Part shown: positions 28,857-37,412 of the stretch, one piece after another | How positions within the stretch are numbered: the first letter of the stretch is position 1 | Layout of the letters: each line of letters starts with the position of its first letter | Program-made: the position numbers and the translations under genes | From: Candidatus Micrarchaeia archaeon | GTDB lineage: Archaea > Micrarchaeota > Micrarchaeia > Anstonellales > J096 | DNA: 64,000 bases | Direction of reading: 5' to 3' | Assembly (NCBI GenBank): GCA_041500865.1 | Contig: JBGQMY010000002.1 | Span: forward strand, 14,196 to 78,195 | Notes under the pieces: generated by a model | What the model was told of the DNA's origin: nothing | What the model saw: the letters and a program-made list of their open reading frames with translations, nothing else | The model's database searches: none

Positions 28857-29335
28857 GGGTCTTGATGGACGCGAAGGACGCAGCCGTTGTCTTAGGGGCG
28901 ATAATACTGGCCGCATGCCTTTACTGGTATTTTTATTACTACACGGCAAGCAGGGACTACTTCTTCGGCAGGGCGGACGTTTCTTACGCTGACGCGAACG
29001 CGCAGCTGCAGTCCGCCGGGTCGGTATGCATCGTGGAGAACATAAGCGGCGTGCCTGACCCGGCAAGGATGAACATCATGAACTGCGGCATAGACTTCGC
29101 GGCATCGCTGGGCGGCATAAAGGGCGTGGACGCATACGTGCTTGAGGGCGAGAACTGCACCAGCATGTCAGGGCTGCAGGCAATCTCCGGCTGCGCAAGG
29201 GAAATCCACACCAAGGGATGCTACATCCTCTATATAGGGAGCAACGAAACCGGGCCGAGGACTCTGGACGGCCTTACATACGTCCCGGTAGGCAGTGTTT
29301 ACCAGAACATGAGCTGCTCAATAAAGGTAAGCTGA
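28853..29335 (+). CDS. Membrane-anchored hypothetical protein
   Basis: ATGA overlap with the upstream gene, N-terminal TM, several Cys. Confidence 0.75.
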   Translation: MRVLMDAKDAAVVLGAIILAACLYWYFYYYTASRDYFFGRADVSYADANAQLQSAGSVCIVENISGVPDPARMNIMNCGIDFAASLGGIKGVDAYVLEGENCTSMSGLQAISGCAREIHTKGCYILYIGSNETGPRTLDGLTYVPVGSVYQNMSCSIKVS

Positions 29336-29389
29336 ACCAATCAAGGCTGCATGGCAATTATAAGAACTGCGCAATGCAGATAAAGCTAA

Positions 29390-30601
29390 TCAGTATTTCA
29401 GTATCGCTCCTATCCCGCCGAAGCCGTTCAGGAACTGCTGGCCTTCGGAGGTGTTCACGCTTATGACCTCGACGCGGATGCCCGCCTTCCTGCAAATCTC
29501 TATGATGTATTCTGCTATTGGCGCAACATCGATTTGGTTCATCAATGAGCCGCATTTTGGGCATGTTATGGTCTTTTCAGAAAGGTCTTTCTCAAAAGTT
29601 CTTGATTCTTCGGTATCGCAGGACGGGCACTTGTAATGAACGACTGAGAACGGCGCCTCTTCCGAAACAAGGACAAGCGATGCCCTTTTCGTGGCTATGG
29701 CGTCCAGCGTCTGGGAAAGGCCGTAGACCGCCTTCTCCGACTTTATTATGGTCTTCATGAATTCGTCAAAGAACTTTTTCTCCTTCACGGCCTCCTGGCC
29801 CGCTATCAGGTCGCCTGCCTTTGCCAAAACCTCCCTTGCCCCGTGCTCGTCAACATAGCCGGTGTCAACAACGCCAAGCACTTTCAGCTGGTAATTGAAC
29901 GTGTTCTGCTTCAAAAAATACTCCTTTATCGGCCCTGGCCCTCCAACAATCACGCCTTTCACTTTGCCGAGAAAAAGGGAATCCATTGCTTCCCCGACTT
30001 TCTTGTGGTAATATTCCTTGCCTTCCTCAATAAGACGGGAATATCTGTTGGCGGATTGGCCCCCGCCCTTAATCTTTGAATGGCCCAGATTGTGAATCTT
30101 GTCAACAACGCGCAATTCAGTTCCCTGCAATATCGCAAGCGTTGCGTCGCTGCCGTCAAGCACGACGATGCCGTATGCGTCCCTGTTGTTTATCATCTTC
30201 TCGAGCGGCTCAAGCCAGAAGATGGAGTCGCATCGGTACATGTTGGTCTCAAGCCTGTTTATGGGCTCGAAGTAGAACGTCTTCATATCCGTTCGTGAAG
30301 GGTCGTCCGAAAGGTTGCCGGAAAATATCACAAGGCCGTTTTTTGGCGTCTTGCGGAATCCTTTCAGCACATTGACAATCCGCTCAAGCGCGTCCTGCAC
30401 GTTGTTGCGCGTCTGCTTGCTCTTTATGTTGCCTGCCTGGTTGATTTCCTCCCTTATCCTGCCAGAAACCTCGTTTATTGGATAGTCGGCTGAAACGTAG
30501 ACTGAAACAAGCTGGGTTCCGGCGCCCCGGTATGCCTTGAGCTTCCTTAGCGTCTTTCGGAACTCATAAAGCTGGTCTGAGGCTATCTCCGGCTCCGGCA
30601 T
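29390..30601 (-). CDS. prf1: Peptide chain release factor aRF1
   Basis: NIKS, YRCD and GGQS motifs; CxxC...CxxC insert in domain 3. Confidence 0.97.
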   Translation of the reverse strand: MPEPEIASDQLYEFRKTLRKLKAYRGAGTQLVSVYVSADYPINEVSGRIREEINQAGNIKSKQTRNNVQDALERIVNVLKGFRKTPKNGLVIFSGNLSDDPSRTDMKTFYFEPINRLETNMYRCDSIFWLEPLEKMINNRDAYGIVVLDGSDATLAILQGTELRVVDKIHNLGHSKIKGGGQSANRYSRLIEEGKEYYHKKVGEAMDSLFLGKVKGVIVGGPGPIKEYFLKQNTFNYQLKVLGVVDTGYVDEHGAREVLAKAGDLIAGQEAVKEKKFFDEFMKTIIKSEKAVYGLSQTLDAIATKRASLVLVSEEAPFSVVHYKCPSCDTEESRTFEKDLSEKTITCPKCGSLMNQIDVAPIAEYIIEICRKAGIRVEVISVNTSEGQQFLNGFGGIGAILKY

Positions 30602-30617
30602 GGAATCACTCAAAAAA

Positions 30618-31175
30618 TCAAAGCGTCGTCTTAAGCATCCGCCTTATCTCCTTTATGGCCTTCTCTATCTTGTCAAGCGACTTCGCGCCTGCTATGATGA
30701 TTTTGCCGTTCTTGAAAGCCAAAAGCGAAACGCCGAGCTCCCTTATCTTGATTATGGCGCCGGGGAACTGCTCAGGCTCGTACTCTATGTCAGGCAGCAT
30801 CATGGCAACCTTGAACAGGTCCAGGTCCATGTGCAGGTCCGCGCTGGCGACGATATTCGTCAAGTCGTATTTCGGGTCCTCAAGGTCGTAATTTTTCCTT
30901 TTTTCGGCATACGGCTTGAGCAGGCCGTAAACCTTCCTTATGGCCTTTGCTATGAGCTCCCTTGTCCTGCACCCGACCACGACGATTTTGCCGTTCTTGA
31001 AAATCAGGATTGTGGCTTTAGGCTCGTTGAACTTGAGTATTGCGCCGGGAAACTGCTCAGGCTCGTACTCTATGTTCTTGAAGTTTGTCGTTAATTCGTA
31101 AAGGTCAAGCGTTAGCCCAAGGTCTGTTGACGCGACCAGGTTGGTGACAGTATAAATTTCCTTCTGCTCTGCCAT
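30618..31175 (-). CDS. tbp: TATA-box binding protein
   Basis: Two N.VAS...YEPEQFPGAI...FKNGKI repeats; GGTGAT SD before ATG 31175. Confidence 0.97.
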   Translation of the reverse strand: MAEQKEIYTVTNLVASTDLGLTLDLYELTTNFKNIEYEPEQFPGAILKFNEPKATILIFKNGKIVVVGCRTRELIAKAIRKVYGLLKPYAEKRKNYDLEDPKYDLTNIVASADLHMDLDLFKVAMMLPDIEYEPEQFPGAIIKIRELGVSLLAFKNGKIIIAGAKSLDKIEKAIKEIRRMLKTTL

Positions 31176-31212
31176 TATTATCACCATTCTTTTAATGGTT
31201 TTTATATCATTT

Positions 31213-31390
31213 AAAAGGGCAAGGTTTATAAAGTGACATCCTCCCAGCACTCTCTAAAGTGCTTGGGTTCCAGCCTCTATTTCAAGGCGTTTAGTTCCTG
31301 CTTCAGCGAAATGTCTTGCAGTTTCATTGCAGAAACCACAGAGGGCATATCTCCACAGGCGTGACTTTCCGCCAGTCCGGCGGTAGCTCG
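31213..31390 (-). ncRNA. Predicted TnpB omegaRNA (scaffold overlaps the tnpB 3' end; guide ~31232-31213)
   Basis: Typical CACGCCTGTGGAGA...GAAGCAGGAA...hairpin...TCAC architecture; 5' end approximate. Confidence 0.65.
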
Positions 31391-32660
31391 CTTGAGTATG
31401 TTCATTGCCGCGTTCACGTCCCTGTCCTCTGAATATCCGCAATTGAGGCATTTATATGTCCTTACCCCCAATGGCATCTCCTGGACGTGCCCGCACTTAT
31501 TGCATTCCCTTGACGTATTCTCTGGATTCACCTCTATTAGCTCGCAACCAGCGCTTCGAGCCTTGTATGCGAGCATTCCCCTGTACGTGCTCCAGCCTGC
31601 GTCCGATATCGACTTCGCAAGGCAATGGTTCTTCACCATGTTCTTGACCTTTAGTTTTTCGACCGCTATCTTTCCGTATGAGTTGACCTGCTTCCTTGAA
31701 AGCTTGTGAAGAAAGTCAAACTTCTGGTTGACGATTCTCTCTTCCAATCTCGCTTTTCTCCGTCTTGCTCTTCTTCTGTTCCTGCTGTTTGGCTTTTTTC
31801 TTGAGACCCTGCGGCTAAGCAGTTTGAGCCTTTTCTCTGATTTCCTTAAGAACTTAGGAGGATTTATCTTTTCGCCATTTGAAAGGGTTGCGAAACTTGT
31901 CAAACCAACGTCTATGCCTATCGCTTCCTTGTTATTGCTTTCAAACGCCTTTTCAGGCACTTCGTTTGAGAATCCGACATACCACTTTCTTGATGGATAC
32001 TGTTTTATGACGCATGTTTTTATCGTGCCTTTCGGCGGTCTGTGCATAACGATTGGTATGTTTCCTATGTTTGAGAGATGAAGCCTTTTGCTGTTTTTGA
32101 ACTTGAATCCTGACTGGGGATATGTTAGAGAACATGCATGCTTCTTTATCCTTGGAAATCCGACCTTTATCCTTTTTCCTGCTTTCTTCCCTTTAACGCG
32201 CCTGAAGAACGCCTTGTACGAGTCTCCCAACCTCTTTGATACATTCTGTGCTACTTGGGAATAAAGTTCCTGGAATTGCGGCTGCTCCCTCTTTAACTGT
32301 ATGATATGCTTGTTCATATCAATCTCCGAAAGCGTTTTCCCTGTTTCCTTGTAATACGACTTTGACTTTTCAAAAAGTAGGTTATACAGTTCCTTTGCCA
32401 GCTGCATCTGCCTGTTTAAGCGGAAAACCTGTTTCCCAGACGGATATATTCTATACTTATATCCTAGCATGCTTGCATCTTTCTGGCCTCGTTTATAAAC
32501 GTGGGCAGACCTTATTGCCAGAACCCTATTTGTGCACTTTTCATCCCGCTTTTGGAAGGCATAGACATTCTTAGTGTACCGAAAAACCGAGTTTTGTTGT
32601 GACAATGACGATAAGTCAATTCATTCCCGGGTTAAAACCCAGGAATTTCTTGTCCAGCAT
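31233..32660 (-). mobile_element. tnpB-only IS200/IS605-family element (IS1341-like)
   Basis: Left-end hairpin CAAGAAA-TTCCTGGG-TTTTAA-CCCGGGAA-TGAATTGAC (~32615-32652); right-end hairpin followed by GGAGGATGTCAC ending at 31233; no tnpA seen; left boundary approximate. Confidence 0.85.
31277..32470 (-). CDS. tnpB: RNA-guided endonuclease TnpB
   Basis: YKYRIYP start, RuvC residues IGIDVG / IAVEKL / DRDVNAA, CNKC...CLNC zinc finger. Confidence 0.95.
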   Translation of the reverse strand: MLGYKYRIYPSGKQVFRLNRQMQLAKELYNLLFEKSKSYYKETGKTLSEIDMNKHIIQLKREQPQFQELYSQVAQNVSKRLGDSYKAFFRRVKGKKAGKRIKVGFPRIKKHACSLTYPQSGFKFKNSKRLHLSNIGNIPIVMHRPPKGTIKTCVIKQYPSRKWYVGFSNEVPEKAFESNNKEAIGIDVGLTSFATLSNGEKINPPKFLRKSEKRLKLLSRRVSRKKPNSRNRRRARRRKARLEERIVNQKFDFLHKLSRKQVNSYGKIAVEKLKVKNMVKNHCLAKSISDAGWSTYRGMLAYKARSAGCELIEVNPENTSRECNKCGHVQEMPLGVRTYKCLNCGYSEDRDVNAAMNILKRATAGLAESHACGDMPSVVSAMKLQDISLKQELNALK

Positions 32661-32724
32661 GTTTAAAAATATTTCTCTCTAACTTCTCTCTAAAAGGAAT
32701 ACATACAATACAGGTGTTCAGCAT

Positions 32725-33003
32725 ATGGCAAAACGAAGCAGGGGTACGCTAAGCAGCCACACGAGGAATCTCTCAAAAAAGAAGACACTGACAGTGAACG
32801 ACTACATCAAGGGATTTGCCGTCGGAGACAGGGTGACGATAGACCAGCACGCGATGTTCAGCGGCGCGATGCCCCACATGAGGTACAAGGGCAAGGCAGG
32901 CACCGTGCTTGAGGTAAGGGGCAAGAGCTACGTGGTTGAGATAGCCGATGGCGGGATAAGGAAGAAGATAATATCCAGCCCGGTTCATATAAGGAAGGTG
33001 TGA
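32725..33003 (+). CDS. rpl21e: 50S ribosomal protein L21e
   Basis: MAKRSRG...F.VGDRV.I...MPHMRYKGKAGTV...SPVHI. Confidence 0.95.
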   Translation: MAKRSRGTLSSHTRNLSKKKTLTVNDYIKGFAVGDRVTIDQHAMFSGAMPHMRYKGKAGTVLEVRGKSYVVEIADGGIRKKIISSPVHIRKV

Positions 33004-33005
33004 TT

Positions 33006-33314
33006 ATGGAAAAGAAGGGCGAAAAACCCGTAACGTCGGCAGAGGTTGCCTCGCACGTTGAAAAAGAGCTGTCTGGCGAGCCGACGTACATGGAGGACAT
33101 GGTCATAAAGCACGGAAAGGAGATGCTGCCGCGCAAGACCGCGAATGAGAAGGCAGGGGAGCTTGGGGCGCTCGTGGGCGCAAAGGCCGCAGTGAAGATA
33201 GCGGACGTCAATCCGATTTCCGTTGAGACGGTCAAGGCAATACTGGCCGGCATCGGCGAGAAGGCGGACGAGAAGACGCTGGAAAAGATAATGGGCATAA
33301 TGAGAGGCAAGTAA
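33006..33314 (+). CDS. rpoF: Probable RNA polymerase subunit Rpo4/RpoF (divergent)
   Basis: Lies between rpl21e and DUF655; AVKIADVNP.S.ETVKAIL motif. Confidence 0.7.
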   Translation: MEKKGEKPVTSAEVASHVEKELSGEPTYMEDMVIKHGKEMLPRKTANEKAGELGALVGAKAAVKIADVNPISVETVKAILAGIGEKADEKTLEKIMGIMRGK

Positions 33315-33315
33315 A

Positions 33316-33867
33316 ATGGAAGAGTACGCCTTCGTGATAGACTACATACCGTACGGGGACAGGAGCTCAGGCTCGTCCGTAGTCCAGCTCGTGGGCGAAA
33401 AGTTCTTTGTCCTGCTTGACGCGGTCGTCAAGGAAAACGTGCCCATAGCGGTGGGCGACAAGGTCTACGTGGGCAAGGACCTGGACAAAAGGGACAAGAT
33501 AAAGAAGATAAGGGAAAGGATATTCCACGACCGGCTGACTGTTTCCGCGACCCAGAACATGGTTGATGTCTTGAAGAGGATGGTGCTTGCCGACAGCGCG
33601 AAATACGTCGATTTCATAAACCACTGCGGACCGATATCCATAAGGGTGCACCAGCTCGAGCTGATACCCGGCATAGGCAAGAAGAACATAAAGCTCATAC
33701 TTGAGGAAAGGGAGAAGAAGCCGTTCGAGTCTTTTGACGACATAAGGGTGCGGGTGCACTCATGGCTTGACCCGGTCGGAAGCATAGCGGAAAGGATAAG
33801 GAACGAGATAATCGGCAGCGAGAGGTACAACCTCTTCGTGACGCAGCCGCCGAAGGAAGCAATCTGA
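33316..33867 (+). CDS. DUF655 family nucleic acid-binding protein
   Basis: EEYAFVIDYIPYG, HQLELIPGIGKK helix-hairpin-helix, conserved archaeal gene order. Confidence 0.92.
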   Translation: MEEYAFVIDYIPYGDRSSGSSVVQLVGEKFFVLLDAVVKENVPIAVGDKVYVGKDLDKRDKIKKIRERIFHDRLTVSATQNMVDVLKRMVLADSAKYVDFINHCGPISIRVHQLELIPGIGKKNIKLILEEREKKPFESFDDIRVRVHSWLDPVGSIAERIRNEIIGSERYNLFVTQPPKEAI

Positions 33868-34660
33868 TTTTTAAACACTTATTCACACAGTAAGCGCATG
33901 GTCCAAAAAGAAATGCCAGAAAAGGGGAAACTGGTTTTAGGCGCAAGTAAAAAGCCCGCCGCGAAGGCAGGAAAACCGGCTTACAAAGCGGATATCCTGC
34001 CAAGCGGAAAAATGGCGTTATCCAAGAAAGAGCAGAAACGGTTCGATGACAATCTCCGGAATGCCGTCATATATGAAAACGTTTTTGGTGTATTGCGGTT
34101 CATCAAGTCAGGCGCAGACATGAATGCAGGGGACGACTGTGGCCTGACGGCGCTCATGCTCGCCGCATCCAAAGGAAACGCCCAAATCTGCAAACTGCTG
34201 GTTAAGAAGGGCGCGGATGTTGACGTGAGGGACAACACAAACCGGACGGCGCTCATGGTTGCCGCACAGCGGAAGCATGCCGACATCTGCAGGCTGCTGG
34301 TTGAAAATGGCGCTGAGGTGCTGGCAAGGGACTGGCATGAAAGAACTGTGCTGCATTATGCTGCAGCAGGAAGGCTAAGCGGCATATGCACGCTGCTGAT
34401 CAAGAAAGGCGCGGACGTGAATGCAACGGACAGGGATAAGAGGACCGCGCTCGATATCGCCCTAGAATCCGGCCACACGGAAATCGCCGACCTTCTGCAA
34501 AAGAAGATGAAAAAGTGAGGCATATGCAGAGACTGCGGCGTACCTCAAGTCCTTGGAAACCAAGAAAGAATAGAAATGTCCGTTTTCAGGACATTTGTGA
34601 CGCAGCCGCCGAAGGAAGCAATCTGATTTTTAAACACTTCTTCACACACTAGGCGCATGG
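33838..34660 (+). repeat. Direct repeat pair: 33838-33880 identical to 34597-34639 (43 bp), extending to ~64 bp with 3 mismatches
   Basis: GTGACGCAGCCGCCGAAGGAAGCAATCTGATTTTTAAACACTT occurs twice, each copy ahead of an ankyrin ATG. Confidence 0.92.
33898..34518 (+). CDS. Ankyrin repeat protein
   Basis: About four TALM.AA..G...IC.LL..KGADV repeats after a Lys-rich leader. Confidence 0.9.
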   Translation: MVQKEMPEKGKLVLGASKKPAAKAGKPAYKADILPSGKMALSKKEQKRFDDNLRNAVIYENVFGVLRFIKSGADMNAGDDCGLTALMLAASKGNAQICKLLVKKGADVDVRDNTNRTALMVAAQRKHADICRLLVENGAEVLARDWHERTVLHYAAAGRLSGICTLLIKKGADVNATDRDKRTALDIALESGHTEIADLLQKKMKK

Positions 34661-35076
34661 CTCAGGAAACAAGGACGGCAAAAAAGAAACTGCTTTCATG
34701 CGCAAAGAAACCGGCGCATGAATTAGCGACAGAAGGGGCAAGGAAGACGCTCAGCGCGGATATGCAGGCACGGATAGAAAAATTGCTTGTTGGGCTGGTC
34801 GCACAGGGAGATAAGGACGAGCTGACTAATCAGATAGCAAGGCTGGAAAAGGCAGGCGTTGACGTAAAGCAGATAATAAACGCAAGCGACACGGACGGCA
34901 GGACTGCGCTGATGCATGCCGCAGCAGAGGGCCGTACCGAAACATGCAAACTGCTCATAAGCAAAGGCGCCGACATAAACAAAGGGGACAGTTTTGGCTG
35001 GACCGCGTCCATGGTTGCCGGACATTACGGGCGTAAGGAAACTGAGGCATACCTCAAGTCCGTTGAATCCAAGTAA
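34657..35076 (+). CDS. Ankyrin repeat protein
   Basis: GRTALMHAAAEGRTETCKLLISKGADIN. Confidence 0.88.
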   Translation: MAQETRTAKKKLLSCAKKPAHELATEGARKTLSADMQARIEKLLVGLVAQGDKDELTNQIARLEKAGVDVKQIINASDTDGRTALMHAAAEGRTETCKLLISKGADINKGDSFGWTASMVAGHYGRKETEAYLKSVESK

Positions 35077-35135
35077 AGATGGCCTGGCAGCCGGGCCCAC
35101 TCAGCTTTTTAATCCATTAAGCCCAATTGCTTTCA

Positions 35136-37412
35136 ATGCTCAAAACGCTAAGGCTTGCCAATTGGACATCCCACAGGAACAGCGCGATATCCTTTGGCAA
35201 GGGGGCAAACATCTTCGTCGGCGTCATGGGCTCCGGAAAGTCCAGCGCGCTTGAGGCCATGTCCTTCGCGCTGTTTGGCGCCATCCCAGAGGGCAGCAGG
35301 CGCAAGGCCAAGCTGTCCGACCTGATAAGGTTCGGGGAGGACGCCGCCTCGGTTGAGCTTGAGATGGAGATAAACGGCAATGTTTACCGCGTAATAAGGA
35401 GGATAAACCGCAAGGAAGGCTCGGAGGCGCAGCTTTACCGCGGGGACGTGCTGGTGGCGCAATCGCCGTCCACAGTCAACAGGCAGCTGGAAGGCCTGCT
35501 AGGCATGAACTACGACCTGTTTTCAACCATAATATATTCGGCGCAGAACAGGATTGACGCATTCATCAACCTGCCGCCAAAAGGCAGGAAGGAGGCCATT
35601 GACGAGCTGATAGGGCTGAACGGCATACTCAAGGTTGAGGACAATGCCAACAAAATCCTCAACAGGCTGAGGCTCATTGCAAAGGAAATAGCGCCGCTAA
35701 TGCCGACTGAAACGGAAATGGGGAACAGGGAGAGGGAACTGTCGGCGCTAAAAGATTCGATTTCAAAATGGAAAGAGGAGCAGGATAGGCTGGAAAAGGG
35801 GGCTTCGGAGGCAAAGGCAAGGCTTTCGGAAACGGCAAAGGCGTACGAGGCTGTTTCGCTCAAGAGAAAGGAGCACGAGGGCCTGAACGCACGCATAAGC
35901 TCGTCAAAAGGCCGTTTGGGCGCGCTTGAATCGTCATACAACCCGTCGCTTGGCGCGGAAAAGGAAAGGGAACTGCTGGCCTCGATTGAACTGCTGAAGA
36001 AAAGCAATGCTGAATTTGAGGCGCATGAGAAATCACTGCTCAAGGATTCAAACGCCATACGGGAAAGGATTGCAAACGCAAAGGCTGCGGATGAAAGGCG
36101 CAAGAAGGCGCAAGAAGACGTCTCAAGGCTTGACGCCCTGCTGGGTAAGCTGGGCAGCAAGGAAGATGCCTCAAAAGCCATTGCATTGGCTGAGAAAGGC
36201 ATAAGAGAGTCAAACGAGAGGATGGGCATGCTGGGCGCGGCGGCAAGGGACGCAAGGCACGGGCTCATGGAGATAGGGGGTGCGGGAAGCAAGTGCCCGG
36301 TCTGCATGTCAGAGCTTTCAGGCGACGCAAAATCGCGCATAGAAAATGAATGGAAGGCAAAGCTGGCAGAATCGTCAAAACTGATGAAAGGGGAGGAATC
36401 AAGGCTGCTGGGCCTTTCAAAGGGGCTTGAAACGTACAGGGAAAGGCTCAAGAGGATTGACGCCTGCGCCGCAAAGCGCGAGGCCCTTGTTCCGCAGGCC
36501 GAGAACGTTCCGCATGACGCAGGCAAGGATGCCAACGCGCTTGACGTTGCCGAAAAGTCCATGGAGGAAAACCGCAAAAAAATCAGTGAAAACGTTTCAA
36601 GGTTGGCGGCAAGCGAAAGCTCGCTGAACGACGCCAGAAAGAACATCGCGCTGTCAAGGGAGATTGTGGCTACGCGGGCTGCGCTTTCGGAGCTTGAAAG
36701 GCGGATTTCTTCGCTTGGCTATTCCGAGGGCGATTACAGGAAGGCGGAAGACTGCTACAGAACCGCTTCCTCGGCTGCAGAAAGGGCAGGGGCCGGGCTG
36801 GAGAAGGTGAGGGCGGAAATCGCCATAAGCTCAAGGCTGAGAACCGACCTTGAGGCATTGCTGAAAAGGCATGCGTCCGAAAGGGAAAGATACGCCAGGA
36901 TAGAGTCTGCACTGTCGGACGTCTCGCTCTTCAAGGAAACGCTCAACCGCATGCAGTTGATCTTAAGGAACAGCATCATCGGGGACATAAACGTCGGGAT
37001 AAACGAGGTGTGGAGGTACGCGTACCCCTACAACGACTACGGGATGGTGAGGCTCATAGGCGACGGGGACTCGTACAACTTCGAGGTCTTCGCAAACGGC
37101 GAATGGAGGGACATCTCGCTTGTGGCAAGCGGGGGCGAGAAGACCATGTCCGCCATAGCGCTTCGCATAACGCTTGCCATGGTCCTTGCCCCGCAGCTGA
37201 GCTGGATTGTTCTGGACGAGCCGACGCACAACCTTGACGAGAACGGCATAGAGAAGCTTTCGTCCCTGATAAGGGAGAGGCTTCCGGGCCTCATAGAGCA
37301 ATTCGTCATTGTCACGCATGACAACAGGCTCATGTCATCCGGGAACGGAAACGTGTTCCAGTTCCTGCGAGAGAAGAGCGGCAACGACCCTACGTCAGTG
37401 GAAAAAGTCTGA
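35136..37412 (+). CDS. rad50: Rad50/SbcC-type SMC ATPase
   Basis: Walker A GVMGSGKS, coiled coils, central CPVC zinc hook, SGGE signature, LDEP Walker B. Confidence 0.9.
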   Translation: MLKTLRLANWTSHRNSAISFGKGANIFVGVMGSGKSSALEAMSFALFGAIPEGSRRKAKLSDLIRFGEDAASVELEMEINGNVYRVIRRINRKEGSEAQLYRGDVLVAQSPSTVNRQLEGLLGMNYDLFSTIIYSAQNRIDAFINLPPKGRKEAIDELIGLNGILKVEDNANKILNRLRLIAKEIAPLMPTETEMGNRERELSALKDSISKWKEEQDRLEKGASEAKARLSETAKAYEAVSLKRKEHEGLNARISSSKGRLGALESSYNPSLGAEKERELLASIELLKKSNAEFEAHEKSLLKDSNAIRERIANAKAADERRKKAQEDVSRLDALLGKLGSKEDASKAIALAEKGIRESNERMGMLGAAARDARHGLMEIGGAGSKCPVCMSELSGDAKSRIENEWKAKLAESSKLMKGEESRLLGLSKGLETYRERLKRIDACAAKREALVPQAENVPHDAGKDANALDVAEKSMEENRKKISENVSRLAASESSLNDARKNIALSREIVATRAALSELERRISSLGYSEGDYRKAEDCYRTASSAAERAGAGLEKVRAEIAISSRLRTDLEALLKRHASERERYARIESALSDVSLFKETLNRMQLILRNSIIGDINVGINEVWRYAYPYNDYGMVRLIGDGDSYNFEVFANGEWRDISLVASGGEKTMSAIALRITLAMVLAPQLSWIVLDEPTHNLDENGIEKLSSLIRERLPGLIEQFVIVTHDNRLMSSGNGNVFQFLREKSGNDPTSVEKV

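Noticed and set aside
31277..32470. Nuclease-dead TnpB acting as a repressor (TldR-like)
   Set aside because: All three RuvC acidic residues and both transposon ends are present
32471..32615. tnpA remnant or N-terminal extension of TnpB
   Set aside because: No HUH or YxxxQ motif found; a TATA-like TTTATAAA supports the start at 32470
35136..37412. SMC-based defence system (Wadjet/Lamassu), suggested by the lack of an adjacent mre11
   Set aside because: Zinc hook and host-like codon usage fit housekeeping Rad50; no partner genes nearby
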